From: Diplonema japonicum
Lineage: Eukaryota; Protista; Euglenozoa: Diplonemea
Assembly (NCBI GenBank): GCA_964019335.1
Contig: OZ025679.1
Span: forward strand, 62,001 to 126,000
DNA length: 64,000 nucleotides
Direction: 5' to 3'
A program made the translations under genes and the position numbers. The notes beneath the pieces were generated by a model. That model worked only from the letters and a program-made list of their open reading frames with translations. It was not told the origin of the DNA and did not search any database. Below are positions 12,132 to 22,475 of the stretch, in pieces (positions within the stretch are counted from its first letter, which is position 1; each line of letters begins with the position of its first letter).

Positions 12132-12133
<2 letters not shown>
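12021..12133. ncRNA. Unidentified 113-nt structured multicopy sequence, copy 1 (candidate small RNA gene)
   Basis: Differs by 1-2 nt from 26187-26299 and 27564-27676 although flanks diverge. Terminal helix GAGGGGTCA/TGACCTCTT, inner GTGGC/GCCAC helix and CCC-TTTC-GGG hairpin; bounded by A and T runs. Confidence 0.45.
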
Positions 12134-12173
<40 letters not shown>

Positions 12174-12775
12174 AAATACCAATCCGATCCCACTACCAGA
12201 CGGAGGATTGGGGGATGTAGAGAAAACAATTCAAAAGGGAAAACGGAAAGGGATATCACTTCAATTGCTAACCAAAAAAGGGTGCGACCAAGGAATCGGA
12301 TATGAAATACCATGGAATAATGCCAGTTTTGATTTGAACTCTTATGTACTGTAACAAGTCCCAAAAGGTGCACAATATGCTCCCGGGCGTTCACAGTGAT
12401 GCTAGTTTGCCAAGAAGTGCTTTTTTGCACGGGCTAGCAACGCCGTCATGCAGTTACGAGTCTTGCGGCTGGACTCATCGTACAGAGCACTCCCATACTG
12501 TATTTTCTGTTCTTTCATAAAGTCAATCATATTGTAGTGACAGGATGAAGAACACAAGTTGCCTTGTGCCCTGGAACATCGTCTGCGTGCGCCGCAGGCT
12601 TCCAACCGATGTGGTCCATCATTTCGTCGAAGGCCACCATGGGGCCCCAGTGAGCAAAAACTTGCACTTCATATGCTGTTTTGCAAGGGTCTCCTGGAGC
12701 CGCTGTTTTTTTTAAAGGGTTCCTTTCAACCAGTTCTACCCGTATTCTGTATTTCCTCCGCTGCGTCCTTTCGTA

Positions 12776-12782
12776 GCCGCTT

Positions 12783-12831
<49 letters not shown>

Positions 12832-12848
12832 AATCCCAGGTGGTGGCA
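12776..12848 (+). tRNA. trnF: tRNA-Phe(GAA)
   Basis: Cloverleaf: GCCGCTT, D arm GCTC/GAGC, TCAGA-CTGAAGA-TCTGA, CCTGG-TTCAATC-CCAGG; followed by a T-run terminator. Confidence 0.96.
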
Positions 12849-12916
12849 TTTTTATTTATCTATCAAATTTTCACAGATTCCATTCATTTTCACTTACTTT
12901 ACAAACACTTTCTAAA

Positions 12917-13561
12917 ATGATGTTCGACGTTCCCCGTGCCAAGTCTGCGATTGTCGATTTTGTTGACGAGTTCGGGCTGCGCGAGTCGCAGTGCTCAGCT
13001 CACGAACAGCAGCCGAGCGAGGAAGGGCTCACGGACAGCCACTCGGAAGAGGTTGCCAAACCGAGGACGTTGGTGAGCGATACTGAGAGGCCGTGTGGGC
13101 ACAACCACTGGACGAAGCAGACGAAGAAGAGGGGTAAGCTGGTTCTTCGTTGCGATGTTTGCCAGTGTGTTTGGAAGACGAGGCCTGAGGCGCACACTAA
13201 GTGCGCCGCGTTCCATGCTGGGAAGTGCGAACAGGGCAACTCTTGCATTCACCCCCACATCTACGCTAGGCGTGAGACCGCTTCTCTGGCAAGGAGGAAG
13301 GCCAGGCTTGGAGTGCAGTCTGAGGTGCCTGAGGTGGAGAAGAAAGCACTTGTTATCACCGCTGCTGTTGAGGAAGAAGAGTTCTTGTGGGAACGCAGCC
13401 ACACTCCCGAGTCTTTCACTTACTCAACCTCCTTCGATCAGGAGTATGACAACACACAGTACCACTCAACCCCTGAGGCTGAAGTTTTTTACCCGACTCA
13501 GGCCTTCCCCACTGTTGCATGGTTGAACAGCTCCGAGTGGAGGCACAACCCTTACTTCTAG
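12917..13561 (+). CDS. CCCH zinc-finger protein with upstream CxH...CxxC module and C-terminal WRHNPY motif
   Basis: PCGHNHW...LRCDVC...KCAAFHAGKCEQGNSCIHPH (C-x7-C-x5-C-x3-H). ATG at 12917 follows a TTTCACAG acceptor. Confidence 0.85.
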   Translation: MMFDVPRAKSAIVDFVDEFGLRESQCSAHEQQPSEEGLTDSHSEEVAKPRTLVSDTERPCGHNHWTKQTKKRGKLVLRCDVCQCVWKTRPEAHTKCAAFHAGKCEQGNSCIHPHIYARRETASLARRKARLGVQSEVPEVEKKALVITAAVEEEEFLWERSHTPESFTYSTSFDQEYDNTQYHSTPEAEVFYPTQAFPTVAWLNSSEWRHNPYF

Positions 13562-13636
13562 GCCAGAAAGTATCCTATCTAATGTCTAATCGATGATGTT
13601 TGCCACGTTCCCCCTGCTGTCACGTTTTTTTATTTC

Positions 13637-14237
13637 TTTATTTCACTCTTCGTCATTTTCTTCACTCACTAGGGGCCTCATTATTTAACGCGAAATGGCC
13701 ATTATTTAACGCGAAACGGCCATTATTTAACGCGAAATCGCCATTATTTAACTAGTTAAATAATGAGATTTTGCAGTTAAATAATGGCCCTTCAGAGTGA
13801 AATAATGGCCCTTCAGAGTGGGAAAATGAGTCTCGCCGTGGAAAAAAATGCACCCAACCCCTTGAAAAATTTTTTTGGGGTGGGGGTATTTTGACTATTT
13901 TTGGCCATCTGAGGCCATTCCAGCCCTTAAAAGTGGGAATAAGTGCCTTACTTCCCCTTTAAATGCCATGGCGAAATAGCAACCCCATATTACCTTAGGA
14001 AACTCCCCAAAAAGGCTGACCTGCGTGAAAAAAAACAGCAGTGAAAGCAGTGAAGAGTGAGTGACTCAAATGACGAAGAGTGAAATAAAACGACTTACTT
14101 GCCGCCAAATGAGCCATTATTTAACTCTCGTTACCCGTTTTTTTGCACGAGGGCCCGCAGGGCCCTCGTGCAAAAAATTCGGGAACTCGCGTTAAATAAT
14201 GACTCATAATTTGTTGGCAATACATAGTTATTTTTTT
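13637..14237. mobile_element. ~600-bp non-autonomous DNA element with a large subterminal palindrome and TTAAATAATGG repeats (inverted copy at 58075-58654)
   Basis: Highly similar reverse-complement copy at 58 kb; nested palindrome 14099-14220. Confidence 0.85.
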
Positions 14238-17200
14238 CAATGCAGTAGAGTCAGTACTTTTTTTAAATCCTTTACCTGCCCCACCACTGGCGCTGCCCTT
14301 AAAGGGTGCTATCTGCTACTTTATTTTATTTTGACTGTGACGCGGGGGAAGGGAAAGAAACAGAAAGAAAAGGTACAACCCGTGGGCATTATGCCCCACC
14401 TGGGTTTTTATATATTCGATAAGAAGAAGAAGAAAAAAAAAACTAATACAAAACAAAGCAATGGGTATTGCTTGCCAATAATTCATTTTTACTTTTTTTT
14501 TTTTTTTTTTTCTTTTTATTATTATTTTCCTTTTACTTGCATTCCCTCTCTCGTTTTATTTTTATATTTTTTGTTTTTTTTTTTCTTCACCTGCTACCAT
14601 CCACCAGGGCTCGCCCCTACTTGCCTTTATTTATTTATTTTCTTTATCTTTTTTTTGTACATTCTTTTAATATAAACGTCCTACATTTTTCTTTCGTTTT
14701 TTCTCCTTACAGAGGAAAGAAAAGAAAACAAAAAAAAAATCGTAACTTTTTTTTTTTTGAATTTTTTAACTCAGGCCAGCTTTTTTTGAAGAGGGGGGTA
14801 TCTTGGGAAGGGGAATTAAAAAAAAGAAGAAGAAAAGGAAGAGTTCGCTACCAACTGTTCTTTCAGCTTCTTTTTTTTTTTTTTTTCGTTGCCTTCCCTC
14901 GCCCATCGCATTTTTTTATTTTCCCCCCTTCTTTTTCCTCGTTGCCCTTAATTTATAGCAGTAGCTTTTTCTTATTGTTCAAAGTACATTGTGCACTTGC
15001 CTCCCTCTTCTAGGCCTGTTGATCCATCCTTTATCCTTCTTCGGTTCGCTTTCAAAGTTCGTTCTTTTTTTCTCATTTTTCCACTTTTAGTTACCTACTG
15101 ACCACGTGACAGACCACTAAATATCGCCCTGCTCCTGTCACTGTTAGTAACTCTTCCTCTGGTGAGACTCTTCTTTCCAGGGGCGGTAAGGGGTTCTAGC
15201 TTTGGAGCAAATGAAAGGTATTTGGACTGGTTTCTGTTGGTGTGCTGCAGGGAACCCGAACAGTGGGTGAAAGGGGGAAGAGAGAGCAACGGAGAAAAAA
15301 AAATGAAGGGGGAAATGGGAACAAGACCAAAAATTTTACCCCGAATTTAAAAAAGAAAAGTAGGTCACCAGGGAAAAGTCAAGTGGAATGGAAGCTAGGA
15401 GGAGGGAGGACGAGGGGACGGAGAAAAAATACGAAGATGAAAGAAAGAAAACAAGTGAGCAGTGACCTTACCCTCTGGCTGAAAGAGATCTGCTTATTTT
15501 TTTTTTTTTTTTCCCTCTTCTTTTTTTTTTCTCTCTCTCTCTTTCCTTCCTCTTTTTTCCTTCTTCTTCTCTTTTCTATTTTCTCCCTGTCCTTACTTTT
15601 TGTTTTTGAAAGGAAAAAAAAAAGGAAAAAAAAGTGCACAAGAATAAGGAAAAAAAAACAAAACGAGCAGCAAAAATTGGAAAAAGGGGAAAAAAAATGC
15701 CAAAAAACAATTTTTTTTATAAAAAGAAGAAAAAAAACGAAGAGAACACAAAAACCAACCTATCTCTTCTTACCATCTAGCCATCAAAGTTTTTTTTCTT
15801 TACTAGTCAAAGTTGACCGATCTGATAAGAGAAGGAATATAAGAAACAGAAGAATGAGTATTAAAAAAAATGAGAAGAAAAACTAGGTTAGGTATATTTT
15901 CCTGATTTGTTTTTTCTTTTCTTTTTCTAATCTCTTTTTCTTTTCTTTTTTTTCTTTCTTCCCCACCCATTCCTGTTTACTTACGGGTGGACCTAAATAA
16001 GGTCAGCCTCCATTCAAAAAAGAAATCTTTTAAAAAAAAAAAAAATCTTACTCCTTTCAAAGAAGAAAAGCAAAGAGAAGAAGGAATACAACAAATCTTG
16101 CCAAAATACGATTGCCAAAGGTTGCGTGCACAGTTTCCTTTACACTGATCGCCCACTTCACTTTGGTATGCAAAGGCTAACTTACATTTTTTTTTGTTTC
16201 CTTCCTTTTTTTCTATCTTGCACCTTTGATGAGATTATCTGCCATGCTTTTTTCCCCCCTCTTTTTTTTCTTCATTTCTCTTTTTTCTTTTACTGCTTTT
16301 TGTTTTTTGTTTGTTTTTTTTCACTGAAGAAAAATCAAGCCTTTCCCTTTTTTATTCTTCTTTCCCCCCCTACTTTCTTCAGAGGAAGGAGGGGGGGAAA
16401 AGAAAGAGAAAAAAAACCCCCCCCTCAAGAGAAAAGAAAAAAAAAACTCCCACAAGAAATTACATGTTCTCCACCCTCCCTTTCCTTCCCCCTCCCCTTT
16501 TTTTTAAAAAAAAATAACTACAACTTTCCAATAATAATTTAACCCATAAAGGACCGCTGTTTTTCATCCAAAAAGTCGATTTTGAACTTTTCGTTCAGAT
16601 ACCAAAATAAAATGGCGAGGGTGGGGTTAGAGGGTGTGTACCAAAATTATTTCCACCACCCCATTTCTGGAGCGCGAAGCGGCCTGCATTTCAGCCCCAG
16701 ACGCGCCCAAACTTTGGTGGTAGAGCAGCATTCGAGAGAAACAACTCTTGCAAAGGGCACATGCTATCCGGGGGTTCCATGGTTTCGGCAAGCAGCGCTT
16801 ATTCAGCGTGCAGGGTGGGCTGGTTATTTTTTTTTCCACCACTTATGGCCGTTCTTTGAACACAGGTCCGAGGTGCCGCAGATATGCGACTTGTCCAATT
16901 TAAACGTATTTTTATTTTCAAGTGGTTTTCAAGAGGGTTTCAGGTGGTTTTTTAAGGTGTCGTTGGTGTGAAAAACTTCGGAACAGGGCACAGGGCACAG
17001 GGCACATTGCTACCTTGCAATCTTAGGTATCTTCGGCATATCTATCTTGATTATGAGCCCTGTAAGTATCCAAAGGCCTCTATACCACTCGAATGGCTTG
17101 CTGCCCACCCCACGATAGCCTTTTAGAGCTGCAGGAGTGAAAAACAAACTCAAAGTACAGGACAGGCCCCCTGCTGGAGGCGCCCTATCAAAAACAAGGG

Positions 17201-17545
17201 AAAACCCTCCTTACATTGAGACCCACTACTGGTACACTTGGACCTGGTACCTTGCGAATTTTCCTCCCCACCTGCTCGATTTTGTCATCCCATTTCATAT
17301 CCGGGATATCCCTATCATCCGGTGACACTGACACTTCTTCAGAAGTGCTTTCGGCACGACGCATTATGGAGTGTAAAAAAAACAATGTCTGTGCCACTAT
17401 TTTTTTTCTCCCCTTGCAGTTTGGATACAAAAATTTACGGGCGACATAGCGTTCAGTATAAAAAAGTCGCAAAATAGGCCCCTCTTAAGAGTGGGCATGC
17501 AGAGCACTAAAAATGCCTTAGCAGAATTAAAAAAAAAAAAAAAAA

Positions 17546-18073
17546 GGGGTAGAGTCCTAACTCGACCCCTAAGTTTCCGAAACGCTCAAATTCCGCCCCC
17601 TAGGTTTCCAAAATGCTCAATGTCCACCCCCTAGGTTTCCGAAATGCTCAAAGTCCACCCCCTAAGTCTTCAAAACGCTCAAATCCTGCCCCCTAAGTTT
17701 CCAAAGTGTTCAAAGTCCGCCCCCTCAGGTTTTCAAATGCCCTAACTAGGCCCCTACGGCGGGAAACCGCTCAAAGTCAACCCCTTAGTTTTCAAAATGC
17801 TCAAAAAAACCCCCCTTAGTTTCATGAATAACCCGATTGGGTCCCCTATGTTTCATTAATGCTCAACAAGGTTGTGCGCATGCATGTTCCTTAACAATAG
17901 GCAACTTGAAAGGAAAAGAAAAAGACAGCCCGGGTAACCAAGGCTACTTCTTAGAGGGCTGCGTCGAAGGTGTCTTCCTGTGTAATGTATTACAGCATTT
18001 AAAAGAAAACTCAAACTAAGGGGGTGGATTTTGAGCATTTCTCGAACTTAGGGGTCAAGTTAGAAGTTTTCTC
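17546..18073. mobile_element. Mutator-like MITE with TIRs and ~30-bp subterminal tandem repeats (CCCCTAAGTTTCCGAAACGCTCAAA...)
   Basis: GGGGTAGAGTCCTAACTCGACCCCTAAGTT versus AACTTAGGGGTCAAGTTAGAAGTTTTCTC. Flanked by A9 on both sides, compatible with a 9-bp TSD. About 9 repeat units on the left arm and 2 on the right. Confidence 0.7.
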
Positions 18074-18110
18074 AAAAAAAAATTAGATGGGTTTAAAAAA
18101 AAAAAAAAAA

Positions 18111-18540
18111 AATAGCTATTTATTTGCAACAAATTATGGCCATAATTTACTCGAGAATCGTGGGTTTTTTGGCTGAGGGCCCACAGGGCCCGAGGTCAAA
18201 AAAAAACGGTTCGAGAGTAAATGGGATGGCCATATTTGGTGCAAGTAATTTAAGTAATTTTATCTGATAGTTCAGAAATTGAGTCACTCCGAGTGACCAA
18301 AAAAGTGGGCCAAAAACCCAAAACCAAATTATGAGCTATCAACTGTCAATAATAGCTATCAAATTATGAAAAACGGTCTATTTTCAGCTGATTCAGGCGG
18401 AAGTGCGGTGACCCTACACATTTTTAGTCCCCCAGACATAATTGAGCTATCAAATTATAGCCCGGATTATCAAATTATGAGAGGGGGGGTAATCAGATTA
18501 TAGGGGGGGTTAGGAGTGAAGAAATTTCTGAACTATCAGA
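18111..18540. mobile_element. Diverged relative of the palindromic element family (GAGGGCCC-ACA-GGGCCCGAG hairpin; CAAATTATGAGCTAT repeats)
   Basis: Same end AATAGCTATTTATT and the same nested-palindrome layout as 58081-58220; right boundary approximate. Confidence 0.65.
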
Positions 18541-18589
18541 TTAAAAAAAAGAAAACGCACACCACAGTGGTATTCACCAACAACTTAAC

Positions 18590-19135
18590 ATGTCGTTCTC
18601 AGCTTCCTGCTCCACTCTTTCAAACAGCAGTCTGGACCTGCACAGCGAGGGGAGTTACGAGCACGTCGAGGCGCTACCAGCCGCCACTGTGCGGCCGAAA
18701 CCTTTTAGAAGCGATACTGAGAGGCCGTGTGGGCACAACCACTGGACGAAGCAGACGAAGAAGAGGGGTAAGCTGGTTCTTCGTTGCGATGTTTGCCAGT
18801 GTGTTTGGAAGACGAGGCCTGAGGCGCACACTAAGTGCGCCGCGTTCCATGCTGGGAGGTGCGAACAAGGCGATGCTTGTCCTCACCCCCACATCTACGC
18901 TAGGCGGGAACTTCTCGGGTCGGTACGACGCAGGGCACAACGGCAGTTCTACAAATCGGGTGCAGCTACGATGAACCCCCTTATGAGGGGCCTGTGCACT
19001 CTGCCACCTGCCACTATCAACCCAGTTGCCTGCCCACAACAACCTGCCCCTGTTATATTGCCCTGTCACCAACAGGAACGCACCTTTCAGCAACAGCAGC
19101 AGTGTGTCTGGACACACAACCCATACGCATCGTGA
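18590..19135 (+). CDS. CCCH zinc-finger protein paralogue with C-terminal WTHNPY motif
   Basis: Same zinc-binding module as 12917-13561; Q/P-rich tail ending WTHNPYAS. Confidence 0.87.
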   Translation: MSFSASCSTLSNSSLDLHSEGSYEHVEALPAATVRPKPFRSDTERPCGHNHWTKQTKKRGKLVLRCDVCQCVWKTRPEAHTKCAAFHAGRCEQGDACPHPHIYARRELLGSVRRRAQRQFYKSGAATMNPLMRGLCTLPPATINPVACPQQPAPVILPCHQQERTFQQQQQCVWTHNPYAS

Positions 19136-19528
19136 GCAGTAAAAGGTGCAGACGCGGACACTGAATTGGTATGGGAGAAAATTAAATCGATCGTAAAGTT
19201 TTATTACAAAAAAACACAGGCGATACCTTCGCGAGGCAGACAAGGGCCACGTTGACTCCCTTCGTCCACCTCCCCTTAAGAGCACGTATTCCTTTTTCTT
19301 TTCAAACTGGCGCACACTGCAGCTGGGCACAGGACAATAATATAAATAAACAAATGCTGTAAAACAAAAACAAAAAAAAAAGTTCCACAAGGGAAAAAAA
19401 AAACTTGGACCTGCCGAAATTTCCGGCGTTTTTCCATTCAGATTTTTTTTGTTTTTGGACTTTCCACCAGGATGGATTAATCATTCGGGGCAGACCATTC
19501 TAGATTTTCTGACGTGGCTCCTTTCGTA

Positions 19529-19535
19529 GCCGCTT

Positions 19536-19584
<49 letters not shown>

Positions 19585-19601
19585 AATCCCAGGTGGTGGC
19601 A
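19529..19601 (+). tRNA. trnF: tRNA-Phe(GAA), identical to 12776-12848
   Basis: Identical 73-nt sequence with shared upstream TCCTTTCGTA; T run downstream. Confidence 0.96.
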
Positions 19602-21569
19602 TCTTTTTCCGTTCCGGTTGTGTCGCAAAAAAAAGGTAAGGTATTTTTTTTCTACATGTTAAGTTGTTGGTGTTGGCACAAAGCGCCCAACAAGACCCAC
19701 CCCCCCATATAGTTCTTTGTCTGACGACTGAACTAGCTTTTTTTTCTTTCTTTCTTTTCCTTCTTCTTTCTCTCGTGATAACAATTTGATCAGCACTAAA
19801 ACTCTTTGTAGTTTTTTTTTTCTTTTTTTTTTCTTCTCCTTTTCTTGTCTTTTTCTTGGCTGCCCGAATTGGGAAAAAAGCAAACTTGGGCATCAAAAGC
19901 ACTGGCAGGATGATGCTCACCCTCAGTTTGTTTTTTTACCCTTACCCTCTTGTGTTGTCTATTGTAGGAAGGGCCGAGGTGTCTACGAAACTAGAAACAG
20001 TCTAGCCCTTGTTTCTCGTTCCTCGGGCTACTTCATTATATCTAACCTTACTCTCTACTTTAAATTCGTTCGTAAGAAATAACCTGTGGGGAAAAAAATA
20101 AAAGTCCTTTACTGACTTTTTAATGTTGGCAAGGAAGAGCACCCCTTACAACATTGGATAGCCTTGCTCAGAGTTATTTATACGATCTGACAGAACCAAT
20201 CCAATAATAATAAAATAAAAAAAAAGAAGAACAAAAAGAATAAATAAAGAAACAAATTAAAAAAGGCGACTTTTCCCTTTGGAACAACGCCGGAAAAGAA
20301 AGAAATCAAAACAAAAACCAAAAAAAAAAAAAAAAAAAAAAAAAAATGTTGCATTCAATTATTTTTTATATAAAAATTCTTATAATGTTGGTTACAGTAC
20401 TCGCATGTGGGTTCGGGAAGAGAAAAAGCGCTCTTTTTTTTTTTTCTTCCCCCTTTTCTTCTTTCAGCTCTTTTTATTTCTGCCAACCCTGACTCGCGGA
20501 TTAAATTGTGGCTTGGGGAGAAGTGGGGGAGGGAACTGTAGGGATGCTAACTCTTCAGAAAAACTTTTTTTTATTCCCTTTCTCGTTGGCACTCACATCT
20601 GCGATAATTACCTCCAGCAAGTTCGACTGAGGGAAAGGAAAAAAAAAGGAAAAAAAAAAGAGGGGAAAAGAAAAAGAGAAATAAAGAAAAGAAAGGGGGA
20701 GAAAGACCGACTTATCCCATGCTTTGAAAAACTTTTCTTCCGCCCCTTTCTTTATATTTTCTCTATTTATCCCCCCCCTATTTTTTTTCCGTCTTTTTTT
20801 TTTCTTGCTCCTCATTTTTTTTTTTTTTTTTCATTTCCTCTCTTTTATGTTTTCTTGGACACTTTCACTATATGAAAAATGTCCTTGGCACGCAATTTTT
20901 TTTTTCCATTCTCGATTCTTCTTTCTGCACAAGAAATTATAATTCCGGAGATTGTAAATCTGTAAAACGAACCCCCTTTTTTTTTTCTCTAGCAATTTTT
21001 TTTTTTTTCTCCTCTTTCGGGCTAAAAAAATTATTGCGTCGACGACTGGAAGACAACAACAACAATAACATTATGACAACCTGACCTTCGTTTTACACAG
21101 AAGAAAACAGAATTATATCCCCCTCCCAAAAAAAATCGTGGCCAAACTCCTTTCCCCTCCCCGCTTTTTTCTTTTTTTTTCCTTTTTTTTTTCGCGCGTG
21201 AATTCAGCACGTCAAGCGGAAAAAAACATGACAAAAAAAAAAAAAAAAAAAAAACTTGTATGACAAAAAATAAATAAGAAAAAACGAAGAAAAAAAAAAG
21301 AGTAAAGTTCCATTCCTCTCTTGCGCTTTTCTTACATTGTTTATTTTGATTTTTTTTTCCTTTTTTTTATATTTATTGTTCCCTCTCTTTCTCTTCTCTC
21401 CCTTCATTTCGTTTTTCTTTTTGATTTTTTTTATTAAATTTATCCATTTTCTTCTTTTACTTACTTCCTTTCCTTTCCTGATGTTTTTTTTTTTTTTTTT
21501 TTTTTTTTTTTTCTTTATTCCTTCCCCCCCTTTTTTTTTCATTCCCTTAAGTTTTGATTCCACTCAGGA

Positions 21570-22013
21570 ATGGACCGGGAGCTTATAGCTACACGGTATG
21601 ATGTCGAGGAATTGCAGTTGGTGGCGATGGAGGCCGAAGCCGACTTAGATGTGGCACTGGGAGAAATCAGCGAACTAAGGAAATCGTTGACAGACTCAAT
21701 GGTTAAAAAGGCGCAGGGTGAACGAGAACTGAGTGACCAACGTACCGAGATAAAATCCCTGAAGAAACAACTCGAGCTCTACCGCCAGAACGAGGAAGCC
21801 TTTCTACATCGCAATGAGGAGGTCTCACGCTTCCAAGCACAGCTCTCCCACACGCAACACGAGCTGGACGTCACTCAATCCGAGCTATCCTCAACCTACT
21901 CCAGACTCGAATGCCTTACCACAGAACTAACCCACCAGTCAGAATCCATGCGTTCTCTCTCTAAACGAAACAAGGAACTCGAAGGTGCAGCCACAGCCAG
22001 CAAAGCTGAAATT
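21570..22013 (+). CDS. Coiled-coil protein, exon 1 (ends at phase-0 donor GTATGT at 22014)
   Basis: Heptad E/K/Q/L-rich ORF after a pyrimidine tract + CAG; coding character stops at ATT|GTATGT. Confidence 0.7.
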
Positions 22014-22475
22014 GTATGTAAGTTTGTTAAGAAGTAATATACCGTATAAAACATGTACATTTTTATTTGGTATTAGTATCGCCGCCGGAGTTCTGGAGTC
22101 CAGGACTGAGGAAGTCCTGGAGAAAGCCCGTGAGGAGCGGGTAAGGGACAACGCCGCCGCCAGGGCGAAGCGCACGTGCGAGGAGGTGGAGAGGAAGCGC
22201 GCAGAGGGGGTCACGCCGGTGGTGACACCCTCCCCCGGGCAAGGGAAGAAGGCGGCCAGAAGGGCCAGACAGAAGGCAGCAGCTGCTGACGCTGCCACCG
22301 CCACCGCCGCCGCCGCCGCCGCCGCTTCAGGCTCCGACGATTCTGTCGTCTTAATTAGCGAGTCGCCAGGCATTGTCACCTTGTTCATGGTCGACATGCC
22401 TGAGATCAGGAGGGCGAGGATGAGGACTGCTGCTGCCGACACCACTGCTCCTGCACCTTAAAAAACTAGGGCGAG

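Noticed and set aside
12021-12133. 113-nt repeat as spliced-leader RNA, U snRNA or 5S rRNA
   Set aside because: No SL exon ending TTG|GT, no U1/U2/U5/U6 hallmark motifs, and 5S conserved loops do not match.
12791-12916. N-terminal extension of the CCCH ORF
   Set aside because: It starts at a TTG inside tRNA-Phe; the plausible start is ATG 12917.
14199-16542. Poly-Phe/poly-Lys ORFs in spacers (also 0.5-1.2, 11, 20-21.5, 46-47 and 58.7-60 kb)
   Set aside because: Artefacts of homopolymer A/T tracts.
16539-17510. piggyBac-like element starting TTAA|CCCATAAAGGACC
   Set aside because: No convincing matching right TIR found; may be a truncated element but is unsupported.
17560-17825. CRISPR-like array
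   Set aside because: Degenerate head-to-tail ~30-bp units without unique spacers, in a eukaryotic MITE context, with no cas genes.
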